Source of the DNA: Sminthopsis crassicaudata
Taxonomy: Eukaryota
Direction of reading: 5' to 3'
Length of the DNA: 64,000 nt
Assembly (NCBI RefSeq): GCF_048593235.1
Contig: NC_133619.1
Span: 79,684,454 to 79,748,453 of the forward strand
Shown: in pieces, positions 48,375 to 61,914 of the stretch
How positions within the stretch are numbered: position 1 is the stretch's first letter
Layout: each line of letters opens with the position of its first letter
The notes under the pieces: generated by a model
Seen by the model: the letters and a program-made list of their open reading frames with translations, nothing else
What the model was told of the DNA's origin: nothing
The model's database searches: none
Position numbers and translations under genes: made by a program

Positions 48375-48520
48375 CAGCTACATAGCATAGTGGATAGAGC
48401 ATCAACTCTGGAATCGCGAGGACCTGAATTCAAATCCAGACTCAAGACACTTAAAAACTTATTAGCTATATGACCCTGAACAAGTTATTTAACTCCAATT
48501 GCCTCAAAAATAAAAAAAAT
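48375..48520 (+). mobile_element. WSINE1-type SINE
   Basis: gcagcta..gcatagtggatagagca..ggacctgaattcaaatccag..ccaattgcctcaaaaataaaaaa. Confidence 0.8.
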
Positions 48521-48594
48521 TGTGCGGAGAAAAAAGGACAGGAAAAGGATAATTAGAATTTAAAAATAGAATTAAGGTTCCTGCTTGTCCTTTA

Positions 48595-48945
48595 AAGAAT
48601 GACCAAAAGAAGTTTGTATCTGATAAGAGTAATATTGTTTTAAGAACAATTTTCAGAAACTGTCATTTTGACTATCATAAATACAAAAGACCTATGAAGA
48701 AAGATAAGATTTGCCTCTAGAAAAGGAATTGTTAAATAGGAGTATGTATAGAATTATTATACACATTTGTTTCTAATGGTAGCCATCTTTAGGGGAGAAA
48801 GGAAAAAAGAGAAACTATTAAGATATATTTTAAAAGAATAGCAAGTTGTTCATAATAGATTTGCAGTTTTCTTTATAATTGTCTTTTTTATTCTATCATA
48901 TCATAGAAATGCTTCTTTTGTTTCAGAAATTAAAAATAAATTTTT
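48595..48945 (+). mobile_element. Old marsupial L1 3'UTR
   Basis: gatttgcagttt..atagaaatgcttc..aattaaaaataaa; same family as 50555-51015 and 24590-25130. Confidence 0.75.
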
Positions 48946-48989
48946 TTTTCATAAAAATGAAGAAAAAGAAATAGTAACTTTCTGTGGAG

Positions 48990-49900
48990 ATATAATACAA
49001 GAAGGGTGTCAGGAAGAATTGTAGAGTACTAGTAGTTGGTGACTCCCTACTGAGGACTACTGAGATAAGAATTTTCAATCTAACAACAATAAAGAATTTT
49101 TTTTTGTCTTCCTAGAGCTATAGCCAAGACTTACAAATACAATTGACAGTTACCCACTTATTATTCTTGTGGGCACAAATGATAGTGCTAGAAGGCTTTG
49201 TCAATGTACAAAAGGACTGTCAATGGTTATGAACATTTGGTCAAGAAGCTGGGAAACTTAGGAGCAGAGATTATTCTCACCATTGCCTTTTGAAGGCAAG
49301 GAATACAAGAGAGAAAAGTTAATCTGGAAAGTGAACAGCTGGCTAAGAAGGTAGTATCTGATAATGGGATTGGACTTCTGAACCATGGCTTAAAATATAA
49401 GGTTGACAGATTCCTGGCCAGAGATGGAGCATACCTAATAAAAGGCTGGGAAGAGTGTATTTGCCAAGTATCTTGGAAATCTAATCAAAATGGCTTTAGA
49501 CTAAAAAGGATGAGAGAAGGAGAAGACTTCCTATATATCTCCAGGATAGATACCATAAAAATAGCTACAGTGAAGGAAGATTAGCATAATGATAATCAAA
49601 TTTTACAGAAGACATGCAATAATGAAGACAAATAATGAATATGAATAATGAGGATGAATAATTAAGTAAAATCCATGTCCTTAAATGCCATTGGACAGGT
49701 TGTTAAAGCTTAGTCAAAAGTTAAGGGAAACTAGAAGTACTGATGCAAAGAAAAAAATTATCCCTGAGATTTGGTAGTATGAAACCCATGACTAGGCTGT
49801 GACTTTTGATGGGTATACCTTCAAAAGAAACACCATACATAAATGAGGAAAAGTTATAATTTAAATATTTTTGAAATAAAATTTTATATCGTTTGTTATT
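48990..49900 (+). mobile_element. CR1/L3 relic covering the ORF1 SGNH/GDSL esterase domain and the start of ORF2
   Basis: Translations RVLVVGDSLLRTTE (from 49023), VGTND (49169-49183) and GLLNHGL..LARDGAYL (49370-49435) match esterase blocks I, III and V of CR1 ORF1p; frameshifted. Confidence 0.85.
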
Positions 49901-50032
49901 GTACCATTTATATTTTCCTATGTACCCTGCTCCTCACAGAGAGACATCCCTTATTACAAAGAATAAAAAAGAGGCAAAAAAATGTTCAGCATAACTATCC
50001 AACACATTAAATGACACGATCCACATTTATTG

Positions 50033-50283
50033 ACAGGAGTATGCTGGTGACAACTCATATTGGCCCAGGAGAGCCAATTGTTAAATTTTTAGTATAAGCA
50101 TTTACATCTTGGAAATTTGCAAATGCTAAAATCAGGACTTGATTTATTGTTTTATTGATTGTCTAGACTTAAGAAAATGATGGAGAAAAATTAATAATGC
50201 AGATTAAACATTAAACTGTGTCATGTATACATTTTCCTCCTCCCCAGAGAGCTAGTTGTTAAACATTTATCAGTACATTCCTT
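50033..50283 (-). mobile_element. MER63-like hAT DNA transposon relic
   Basis: gtatgctggt..ggagagccaattgttaaa..gagagctagttgttaaacatttatcagtaca resembles MER63-type termini. Confidence 0.55.
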
Positions 50284-50554
50284 CACAATTTCATACAGTT
50301 TGTTTAGCCATTCCCCAACTGATAGACAGCTCTATGGTTTCCAATTCTTTGACACTACAAGAAATGCTGCTACAAATATGTTGGTGTATATGAGACTTTA
50401 CTTTTTTGTCACTGACTTTCTTACAGTATATATCTAGCCAGAAATTATGGAATGATTTATCTCTGTCCCCTTGCTTACAGTGCCTCTCTGACTTGTCATT
50501 ATAAGGGCAAATGACAATTATGATCTCTTGTGGGTACAAATTAAATGTGAATTT

Positions 50555-51015
50555 GCATGAAATAATAAAGAGCAAAATGAGCAGAATCAAGAGAATATTA
50601 TATATAGTAACAGCAATATTGTTTTAATAATAACTTTGGAAGACTTAGTCATTTTGATTATCGTAACTACTCCATTTAACTACAAAAGACCCATGAAGGA
50701 TGATGTTATATGCATCCAGAGAAAGAATTGATAAGTAGAAGTGTGTATACAAAATGTATATAGACCTATATATGCACACATATACAGACACACACACACA
50801 TACATATACATATTTGTGTCTGATGATAGCCATTTCTACGGTAGGGGGAAGAAAAAAAAAGAAAAAAAAAGGAAATGTACATGACAACTTTATTATATAT
50901 TTAAAAGGAATAGCAAGCTGTATACAATAGATTTGTAGTTTCACATACAATCTTTTTTATTATGTTGTATTATGGAAATACTTGTTTTATTTCATAAATT
51001 AAAAATAAAATAAAA
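50555..51015 (+). mobile_element. Old marsupial L1 3' end
   Basis: aataaagagcaaaatgagcagaa..atagatttgtagtttcacatacaatc..atggaaatacttgttttatttcataaattaaaaataaaataaaaa. Confidence 0.8.
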
Positions 51016-51131
51016 AGTGGGATTGGGATGGGCAGGTAGCATGAGATGTGATATTTTCACTTTCTCCCCCAAACATACCCTGATAAGTCCCTTGTTTTCA
51101 TAACCATTTAATCATCCTGGATTTTGGAGAA

Positions 51132-51374
51132 NNNNNNNNNNNNNNNNNNNNNNNNNNNNNNNNNNNNNNNNNNNNNNNNNNNNNNNNNNNNNNNNNNNNN
51201 NNNNNNNNNNNNNNNNNNNNNNNNNNNNNNNNNNNNNNNNNNNNNNNNNNNNNNNNNNNNNNNNNNNNNNNNNNNNNNNNNNNNNNNNNNNNNNNNNNNN
51301 NNNNNNNNNNNNNNNNNNNNNNNNNNNNNNNNNNNNNNNNNNNNNNNNNNNNNNNNNNNNNNNNNNNNNNNNNN
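51132..51374. other. Assembly gap (243 N)
   Basis: N run. Confidence 1.
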
Positions 51375-54300
51375 AACTCTATAAAAGTGTGGGCCTCTTC
51401 AGAAATTAGAGAGTATACTTACAGGCACAGAAGAATAGGAGTGTTGCTTAAACCCCAAATAGAAAGCAGGGGAAGTGAATTTTTTAAAAAACAGTATGTT
51501 ATTTTTCCAAATGCATGCAAAGATAGTTTTCAACATTCACCTTTGCAAAACCTTGTGTTCTAAATTTTTCTCATACAAGAAAAATCTGATCCAAAGGGAA
51601 AAAATGAGAAAGAAAAAAGCAAACAAACATCAGTAACAAAAGATAAAATACTGTGCTTTGATCTATATTCAGCCTCCTTAGTCCTCTCTAGATGTTGATG
51701 GTACTTTCCATCACAAGTCTATTGGAATTGCTTTAAATCACCTCATTTTTGAAGAGAGACAAGTCCATCACAGTTGGTCATCACATAAGAATATTTTTTT
51801 AAAAAGTCTCATATGTTGCTTATATCAAATTGCTTATTGTCTTAGGGAAGATGGAGGGAGGGAGAAAAATTTGGAACCCCAAATCTTATTTTTAAAAATT
51901 AATGTTAAAATTATCTCTTTGTGTGTAATTAGAAAAAAAATAGTATTTTTAAAGTCTCAAAAGAAAGCTTGTTATGGGAAAATCTGAGATTGCCTGCCAT
52001 ATGTGACAAAAGTTCAACCATGAATATAACACAGTAAAGAGATTATAAGATTTGGAATCAGGAAAATTTGGGTTCATATCTGACAGATTTTTTACTCTGG
52101 GGACTTGATCTCTCTATGCCTCTGTTTCTTCATATGCAAACAGATAAGTTTGGATCTGATGGCCTATAAAGTTCCCTTCAACCTCTACATTTATGAGTCT
52201 ATGCTTTTATAATTCTTTCTCAGGCTTATTAGAGAAGTCTGCATATCTACCATTTATGAGCCACTTAGAAACGTATTTGTCACTGGCATCTCTGGTATAA
52301 TAGGTGGCTACTGCCTTGGTGTGGAGGGCTCCTGGACTTCATCATTTAATGTTTTAGACTAGGGAGGAGGAATGGAGAAAAAAAAAGGAAAAAATAATCC
52401 ATTTTAGTGTGCCCATCATTGTGTCTGGATCCTGGGCATTGACCCCCTTTATTGTTGCCGGTAAAATTAAATTAATGCGACAGTCATATGTGGCAGGTTT
52501 CCAGCTTTTAGCTATTCAGAGGGATTGCCCTTTCCTGAGAAAGGAGGATCTCTGGCTGCCTTCCAAGAGGAAGACAAGGAAAAGCCAAATCCAACTATCC
52601 AGTTTGGAGCTTTAACCTGACAGTCTCTTAGGGAAGAAAACCGTCTTTAAATGTTGTGGCAGATTACCAAAATAAAACATCAAAGATCATGTGAGATACC
52701 AAACCCTAAATATAAGTCTGTTAATGCTTTTTTGACAATATTGCTTCCTTTCTTTCTCTTCTACTAATTATGGGTCCTTAACCATCAAATGTCTTATAAT
52801 TTCACTATGGGTAATCACTATTTCTTCCAAGCTCATTTGATGTGGGAAACCATAATTGCAAGATATATTCTCAAACAATGGACACCTATCAACAGTGAAA
52901 AGTATAAATTTCCCTGCATGTTTTTTAATTTGACAATTGAACTACAATGGAGAGCGTGTCCCTTATTACTAAGTAGTTCCAGGAGCTTCTTATTTCCCTC
53001 CCATCCTCCTCAAGAGTTAGATGGTTAGAATAATGGCTCCTATAATTAGACATGATCTTTAAGTAATTCCAGTCACAAATTGCCAAAAGGATAAGTGCTA
53101 GGGAATAGTCTGACTATTGGATAAGCTATTTATGGCTGGTTCTCCATGACTCAAGCAGAAATGAATGGGACCCATATACGTAGGGTCAGATTTGCTATAG
53201 TCAGCCTTCCTGACCTTGCCAAAGAGAGAGGTACATTCATTGCTTCCATTTCTTCACCTCTCAGATAATTTTCAATCCCTTGCAATATGGCTTCCAACAC
53301 TACAACTCTACTGAAACCATTCTCTTCCTACAAATTTCCTAATAATTTATTATGGCTTTTCCTTTCCCTCTTTGAATTATGTTGACCACAACCTCCTTAT
53401 GCATATTCTCTTGCTTTGGTTTCAGTAACATTACTCATTCTTGCTTCTTTATTTGACTATTCATTTGTGGTCTCTATTGTTCAATTCCTTCATCATCCAT
53501 TACTTGAGACACAGCATGGCTCAGTGGCAAGTCTTCTAAATTTGGAGTCAGAGAATCCATATCCCAATCCAGGCTCTGAAATACACTGGTTGTATGATCT
53601 TGGGCTAATTGCTTATCTGTAAAATGAAGGGGTTAAATAACATGACTTTCCAGATCTGGTCTTCCAGGTATCAATTTATCTTCTTCTGCTCCTATGATAA
53701 TCTTTCTCCTGACTACTGAATGGAGATTCACCTTCTGTCCTACCTAGGCTTTTTTTTTCCTTTCTGTACTCTCCCCTTTATTGAGTTCCTCAATTTACAT
53801 GGGTTCAATTATCATCTCTATGCACATGACTCCTAGCCTTAATCATGCTGCAAAATTTTAATCCCATATCAACAACTGCTTGCTAGATATCTGCACTTAA
53901 AGGTTGTAATGGCATCTCAATCTCACCATATCCAAAGTGGAACTCATATTAACCCAACACACCCATTACTTTTCAAGACTTTTCTATTTCACTTGAGCCA
54001 GGGAGGAGTATTTTGGTTTTAAAAGTCACAGAAATGGAGTGAATGGAACCATGAAGAAATAGATTGACAGACAATTGGAAATATTGATTTGATTATAATA
54101 CCCTAGCAGAAAACAAGGGATATATGACAGAAGTCTAGATATAGTGGCTGTGTAATGCACTCACTAATCAGGGCACTGTTGAGACAAATTAGGCAGAATC
54201 ACTCATTCAGTCTAAAGGTAGCTAGCACCTATCTTATGGAAACATCTAGAGGGAAAATTTCAATAATACCTCCACACAAAATGCTGGATGGAATGATCAA

Positions 54301-55631
54301 AGTTTAGCCAAATTTATATTATAATGGAGAAAATGATGCCATTGGGTTTGAGAGACCTGAATTTTACTACTGTGTCTCAGGACATAATTTAACCAAAATA
54401 AACCTTATTAGTTCCCTTATCTCTAAGAGACTAGGTTAAAAATCTGCAAGATATTTTTAAGTTTCCTCCCAATTCTAACATTCAATGAACATTGAAGTGT
54501 AGTTTCTTAGTCACAGGGTTCTGATTCACTGGTAGTTAAAGAAGATATTTGAAAATAGCTAGTTCATGGTGAGAAAATGGAAAGGATATCCTTTGTTGGA
54601 ATTTTGAGCTTCCTGCTACACTCGAGGATCTTAGTCTTTTGTATGCTTATAGCTTTGAATACATTAGTTTCTTCTTAGTTCTTCTTTCCAGTGATAACTC
54701 ATGCTTTCAGGCCAACTACTTTAATATAAGTATGATGACATTATAGTAAAAGAATAATTTTTTGTAACAGAAAACACATGAAAATGCTATACAAATTTCC
54801 ATATCATCTAATCTATTCTCCTTCCCCTCTCCAGATCATTTTCCTTTTTTATTCATATAATTGCAGTGCCATGATACATTCAGTGATGAGTTAAGGTAAT
54901 ATTCTATCTGCATGTTAAAATCTGGACACCAAATATTATTTTATCCACTTAGGTTTCTCTATGTGAATTACTATAGTGCTATCTTATAAATTGCCATGGA
55001 TTTCACAGAGGAAGTCAGAGAATCATAGATTCTGATCTATAAGAACCTTGGGTATTACCTAGTCTAATCCCCTCATTTTACAGATCAGAAAACTGATGTT
55101 AATTTGCTTGATCAAGGTCACACATTCCAAGCAGTCTTAGAATACAGCTTTTTTGATTCTAAAATCATTATTTTTCCCCTTGTGCAACACTCCTATAACA
55201 GTTAAGGGTATGATGCTATCTGCATAATATCACCTATAAACAAGAGTATCTGAAAAACCTTGCCATCTCTAAAGAATTCAGCTTTTTATTGAGTTTATAA
55301 AGAGTACTCTCAGTCCCAATAGAAAACATCTTTGCTTGGATATCCCCATATGCTTGCAAACATCAACTCAATGAGCATTTATTAAGCACCTACTATGTTC
55401 CAGGCACTGTGCAAAAAAAGCATTTCTTCAAATCATGGAATATCACAACTTTCATCAAATAAAAATTTCAGGTGACAGGCAGTGAAAATACAATTAGAAA
55501 GTGTGTGTAGATTTTATAGCATGTTATCATAACCTGAGTTAAACTAGATGGCCTCTGAAGTTACTTCTAACACAATCCCATGATTTTGTGACATTTTGGA
55601 GAGGACATCAAAGGAAAAGACAGATATACAC

Positions 55632-55945
55632 ACAGGTGTGGTGGCTGCATACACCTGCATTCCCTATTCTTGGGGACACTGAGACAGGTGGGTCTCTTGA
55701 CTGGGGAGTTCTGAGCTACAAAAAGGGCTAAATATAGTCATTATCTGCACTAAGCCTGACATCAATATAATGAACCCCTGGGAAGAGAAGGGACATTAGA
55801 ATGCTTAAGGAGAGGTGGATTGGCTCAGGTTGGAAATAGAGAAGGTCAAAGCTTCTTTGTCAAACAGCAGGGGAATCAGGCTGTGTGTAATCAGTGCACT
55901 TTTTGCCTGGGTAAGATAGGGAGACCCAATCTCAAAGTAAATAAA
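55632..55945 (+). pseudogene. RN7SL: Full-length 7SL (SRP) RNA retrocopy, decayed
   Basis: Collinear with the 7SL Alu 5' part (ggtgtggtggc..cctg..), S domain (gcactaag..catcaatat..taaggagaggtgga..caggttggaaa..aggtcaaa) and Alu 3' part (tgcact..gcctggg..agatagggagaccc..tctc), followed by an A-rich tail; CpGs mutated to TG/CA. Confidence 0.9.
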
Positions 55946-58654
55946 GGACGTGTATGACCAGAAAATATGATAAGTTAATATGTAGCATGTTTAGTATTGG
56001 AGGGACCACAAATGCTGTACTAGTATTCAAAAATTTCTGAAGAATTATGGAAGAATATCAACAAGAATCACACAGGAGGAGAAAACATGAATGGATACTG
56101 GTCTCCACTGATATAGGAGAAAATCCATATAGATAAAAGCACTGAGGTCCAGGAGGGTACCAATCTCATATACAGATGGAGGTAACAATGGGCAGATAAC
56201 AGTATCAGAGATGTGGAGCTGAAAGGGACTTTAAAACTATCTAGTTTAACCTTCCTCTTTCATAGATGAATAAACACAGAGTTCAAATGATTTTCCCAGT
56301 ATCACACAGCTAGTAAAGAATCTGAGGCAAAATTTTAACCCAGATGTTCCTGATTCCATTCCAACACTATCTATCCCTCTGCATTTGAAAATTCATATGG
56401 AGAATAATGGATTTTTAAAATTTAAATAAATAATTTTTTACAGTAGGTCCCATGCTTTGTCAGTCAGGTGGAAAAATCAAAACACAAAATTCATGAGTGA
56501 GCCAACAATCTCTGCAGTTGGTAAACCCCATATTTTAGATATTGAAAAACCTCAGGGCAAAGCCTGATAATTTGATTTCATAAAAAAATCCCCCCAAAAC
56601 CCCAATGAAGCCATCCCTTTTCTTTGGAATATTGTTAGCTATGTTTCAAAGTAGATTCTAGGAAGCAGCTGCCTTCTTCATACAGTTAGGAAAGGGTTTT
56701 TGTCATGGTCTTAGTGGCATCTCAATGAAGCCATATGGCCAGCCAGTATTCATAATCCCTGAGGGAACTCAGCATGGTGATTATTGAATTTGATTCCATT
56801 TTTCCTTTTTTTTTTAAAGTAACAATTAATTTCTTCTACTCTCCTCTAGCTATTTGTTCTCTGTCAATGACTTCACAGGTGGCTGAGGCCCCCAAAAGCA
56901 TTCATCAAAGGATCATGATCAAAGAGTAGTCAGTACAATCTATGGACCACCTGGTTGGACCCTGAATGATGCATCCGTTTGCATTCACCTGCTTTCCCTT
57001 TATTTCCAGTGGCAAAGAGCTCAATATCATTTCCTATCCTTCCTTCTAGGCTAAACCCCAAATATCCATCTATTGAATAAGTACAAGTATCCAGGCTGTG
57101 AGTATTCATTGCCAGTCCAGTGTTTAGCTGTGAATTATTGGAGAGATTATTTTTGCTTTGGATATTTCCATTTCAGCTCATACCTCCTACCTCCTACCTT
57201 CCAAAAAATTCTGCATTGAGAATTATTATAGGGAATCCAGATTTATCATGTATATTTTTCTTTTTAAAGAGTGAGTACAAGGACAATGTGGAACAATGTT
57301 TATCATGAGGCAACATTCTAAATCTCGACCCCCATCAGATGGGGCACGGACTTTTCTGCTTTGGGACATTAGTGTGCCTAGAAATAAAGATTGCTGCTTA
57401 AAACCAGCCATTCCTGTGTGGAGACCAGGGAGCATGGACAATGGCTATTAAGATCAGGTGTGCTGTTCTGTTAATGCCTCAAATTTTCAAGAAGCAGTTT
57501 CTGAAATGCCCTGCAACAGTTTTTGCAGATCACTTCTTTTCCTGAGTATTTTTAAGGTGTTTTAGGGGCTGATCTTAACTCAGCTTTATGTCTTAAGGAC
57601 TACAAGTATGGGACTGATATTAGCATAGCAACACCACCTTTAACAAAGACAATGCATTTGGACACACTTCATTGTCTGAAATTTAGGAATCATAGATAGA
57701 CATGCAATAGAAGACATAGGAATATGTTCCAGGAATCAGAAAAAGAGACTTACGGTATGAACATATCATTAACTAGAATGACTGTCAAATGTGCTAAAAA
57801 AATGCATCTATGAGAGCTGGAATCAGTGAGGGGTTAAGATTGAATGTGGGACTACTGATTAATGGAAAGGGAAAAAGAAAGAAGGGAAGTCTCTCAGGAA
57901 AATACCTGTCAGCCCAGCTATGCTAAGGTCATGCAGATAAAAAGTCGGCAATAACATAATGAGATGATTGGTCCTCTACTTCTTGGTCCCCAGAAACACA
58001 CAGTGATAGTCAGTTTAAGTTTTGGTTCAGCTAGGCTTGGGAGCAGCTGACCATTGGATAGGTAGATGATCCTTTCTGAGGACCACTCTTCCTTTGTATA
58101 TCAATATCTCACAGATGTTTTGCACATAGAAGGTGATCAATCAATGTTAGTTGAATGGAATATTGATTAACTGTGAACTGAGGAGTCCTTTTTAGTTATT
58201 TCAGAGTGGTCAGAAATATCTCTTGGGGAATAAAGACAATTGGGTGTGTGCTTTTTGTAATAAATTCTTTGCAGATTTTCCCCTTGTAATCCTTTTGTGA
58301 ATTTTGCATTTGTCTTGGGGAGAAGAATGCCTATGCTTGACTCCTTCAAAAAATTTTAATTAGCATTTTTTTAACCTTCTACCACTTCCTTTCCCAATCG
58401 AAAAAAAGAAAGAAAGCTCTTGTAGCAAATATGCATAAATTAAAGAAAGCACAGATTCCTGCATTTGCCATATATAAACGTAGTTGCTTCATTCTGTATC
58501 TTTAGTTCATCATCTTTCAAAAGGTGGGACCATGCTTCATTATCAGTCCTCTAGAATCATGGTCATTTATTGAATCAAAGACCCCATGTTTTTCTTTATA
58601 ATGTCTTTATTATTATATAAAAATCTTCCAAAGTTTCTCTAAGACCATTTTTTG

Positions 58655-58885
58655 TCTTTTCTTTTTTTTTTATTGTACTTTTTTAAAAATTTTTTATTTT
58701 ATTTTATAATTATAACATTTTTTGACAGTACATATGCATGGGTAATTTTTTACAACATTATCCCTTGCACTTACTTCTATTCAGATTTTTTCCCTTCCTC
58801 CCCCAACCCCCTCCCCCAGATGGCAAGCAGTCTTATATATGTTAAATATATTACAGTATAATTTAGATACAATATATGTGTGTTG
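58655..58885 (-). mobile_element. L1 3' end (different subfamily from 1-721)
   Basis: T-rich tail, ttttttacaacattatcccttgcact..cccttcctcccccaacccccctcccccagatggcaagcagtc. Confidence 0.8.
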
Positions 58886-59919
58886 TCTTTTCTTATGATA
58901 TAATAATATTATTTTCTGTTCACTCACCACAATTTGCATAGCCTTCCCCAATTCATGAGTATCCCCTTAATTTCTAGTTCTTTGTTACTATGACAAGACC
59001 CATGCTGGAATCCCAACCCTACATCATGTGTCTTCAGTAATCAGCAATCCTCTGTCAATCTCTCCCTTCCTCTACCCAAGGAGGCTCAGAGCAAAGGCAG
59101 AGAACAAAGGAGTGGACTTCAAAGCTGCCTACTCTCCCATTTTAGGACCCAGTTAGGGCATGAAAGGGCTATAGCTCTGTTACCAAGTGGGAGAGACCCA
59201 CTTTGCTCCCACTAATTTTAAGTGGTTCTAGGCATACGCTTAATGACCCTGTTGGATATTCCAGTTCTGCTTAGTGAGGATAATCCTGTCTGGTCTTATC
59301 ACGCCAGTCCACACTATTTTGCATGATTTATTAAGTTATTGCCAGTATATGTGGACATGCTAAATTAAAATACAGCATATTTTGTTAGAGAGGAAACTCA
59401 TTCTCAAAGGATTTATTAGTGGCAGTGTTGTAGTTGGAGGAAACTAAAAGAGATATTATGTAATATCATGATAAAAATGAAAATGCTCATTCACAGTGAC
59501 AGGGGTACTGGCTGCCCTTTTATGAAGCTAACAAACAACCCACAGAGATCACCCAAAAGACCCATTTCTTTATTTTGGACTTTGACCAGCTTCACATAAA
59601 GCATACAGATCAATCAGTCTTGGTTTGTTTTCATGACAACCTGGCATTGAAGGGCCAGGGAAATTTCTTTGACTCTACAATCCAGTTAGTATTAAATGGT
59701 GTCGTGACCAAGGCATCTGTACCATATGAAGATTGGAATGATGTAATTGTGAGGATAAAGGCACATAATTTTTAGATATCAGAAGGTAGGGACACAATGG
59801 GTAGTAAGGAATTGGGCACCATGTTCAGTTTCTTTGAGAATACCAAAGACCTATCTGTTGTGGTTTTGCCCTTATTGCTTCATCATTTTGTCATTCTTAT
59901 TATTTTGAGCTAGGCTTTT

Positions 59920-60480
59920 TAGCTTTCAATTTAACTCAAATGTTTGGAAATTATTAACATCATTTTTATATGCACAGGACTTTGCTAGGGATAAAGAGAG
60001 ATACAAAGATTAAAGATAAAGCAAACTGTGGTATCTATCTTCATAGAGCTTATAAACTACTAGGGAGCTGTGATATATATATATATATACATATATATAT
60101 ATGCAAAAATTATTGTATAATACAAACATAATATGATATGAGTATCTGTGAGAGGGGTAGAAAAGGAAATATGGAGCCCAAAGGAGGAGGAAGTCCATTA
60201 CCAATTGTAATAAAGAAGTCTTCAAAGAAAAGGTAGAACTTGAGTTGAGCTTTGAAGAATGAACAAGATGCCTACAGAAGGGCAGAGAGTGATATCACAA
60301 GCATAGGGAATTATGTGAGCAAAATAATGTTAGACCTGAAACCACTATATATTATTGTGAGTCTTCTATGAGCATAAAAATTTAACAAACATTAAGTATC
60401 TACTATATTTAAAATATTGTGCTAGATTTGAGGGATTCAAAGACAAAAGGTGAAATAGCTCTTTTGAGGGAGTTTTTACA
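59920..60480 (-). mobile_element. L2 fragments
   Basis: Reverse L2 termini (aacaaacattaagtatctactata..gtgctag) and body (tagaacttgagttgagctttgaagaatg). Confidence 0.65.
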
Positions 60481-61839
60481 TTCTATACCATTGGTGCTAG
60501 AAATGAGAATTAAGACAGGGTTCAAATTTTAGTTTTGATGTTGTTTGTAACTGGGGAGAAGAGTTATAAGCATATGTCCATTGGAACAAATCACCCTGTT
60601 AATTAAGGTTTCCGAAATATTTATGGAGTTTGATCTCATTTGTAGTCTTTACTTCCTTTCAAGACATCTTTCAGATCTTATAGAAGACTTTCTGCTCTTA
60701 CCATCTTGAAATTACTTTAAATCTATTTATCTGCAAATGTGTGGTATCTGCTCAGTAAGCTTCTTGAGGAAGGGAGAACTGGCCATACACATAGTAGTTA
60801 TTTGATAAATATTTGATGAATATAGTTTATTGTGCTTATCCAATAGGATGTAGTAAGCACTTTGGGAGCCCGAAGCATTACGTCCACATTGTTCTTGATC
60901 ATTAAAAAAATTTTTTTACCAGGTCTATAATTTTATTGGTTTAGAGGAAAAGTTCTTCACCAATGGAAACCAGCTCATATTTCTTAATTTAGTCTTTGAA
61001 ATTTGCCTGGGGACACTGGGAAGTTAAAAGCCCAAAGTCATTCAGCAAGAACACATCAGTGGTCTTCCTGGATCTACTTTGCATGTAGTAGTGGAGAGTA
61101 ATAGATACTTAATAATACACGTTTGAATGAACAAATTGAATTGAATATTATGGAGTGCAAAAAACTCAGGTGGATGTTTATCTTTCACAGCCATTACTTA
61201 CTTGCATATTACACAAAACTCCACAGCCTTAAAATTGTATTGGGCCTGAGTAATTCATGTTTTTGGATCATTTTTTTGGAGGGGTTGGGAGGTATATATT
61301 TGGCAACATTTTTTTGCCCAGGGTTTTGAAATAAAGCATTTTAGAGATGTGTTAAATTAACCTGAATTCTTGACTCCCCATTAAAAGCATCTTTCTCCCC
61401 AGGCCATTTTGTGAAAATATTTGGGAAGAAGGGAAGCATTTTGAGTTTTTTAAAGAAAAGGAAGAATTTCCAAAGTATAAACTACTCTTTGGAGTTTAAA
61501 GCTAGCTCATGTATCTTCAAATTCCAGCTTTTTGAATAAGAAGCATTTGCCTTAAAAAATTGCCCAAGGCATCTTCTTACTGGATATGGAAAACTATTCT
61601 TAATACATTTTCACCAGAACCAGTAAGTTTTCCATCTAACCTGCCAAAGACAGTCAGTGTCTTGCAGCAGTAATTAACTTGACAAGGTCAATTAGTAAAA
61701 AAAAATGATACAGGAACTTGGCCACTGGTTTCTTTTTACTGCTGCTTCTCTGCAGAATGCTCTTGGCATCCATTGACATGGAAACTGCATTGCACCAGAG
61801 GAAAAAATTCTCTCTGTATATGCCAAAAGGAGGGATCTT

Positions 61840-61844
<5 letters not shown>

Positions 61845-61907
<63 letters not shown>
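61845..61907. repeat. (GA)~31 microsatellite
   Basis: Perfect dinucleotide run. Confidence 0.98.
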
Positions 61908-61914
<7 letters not shown>

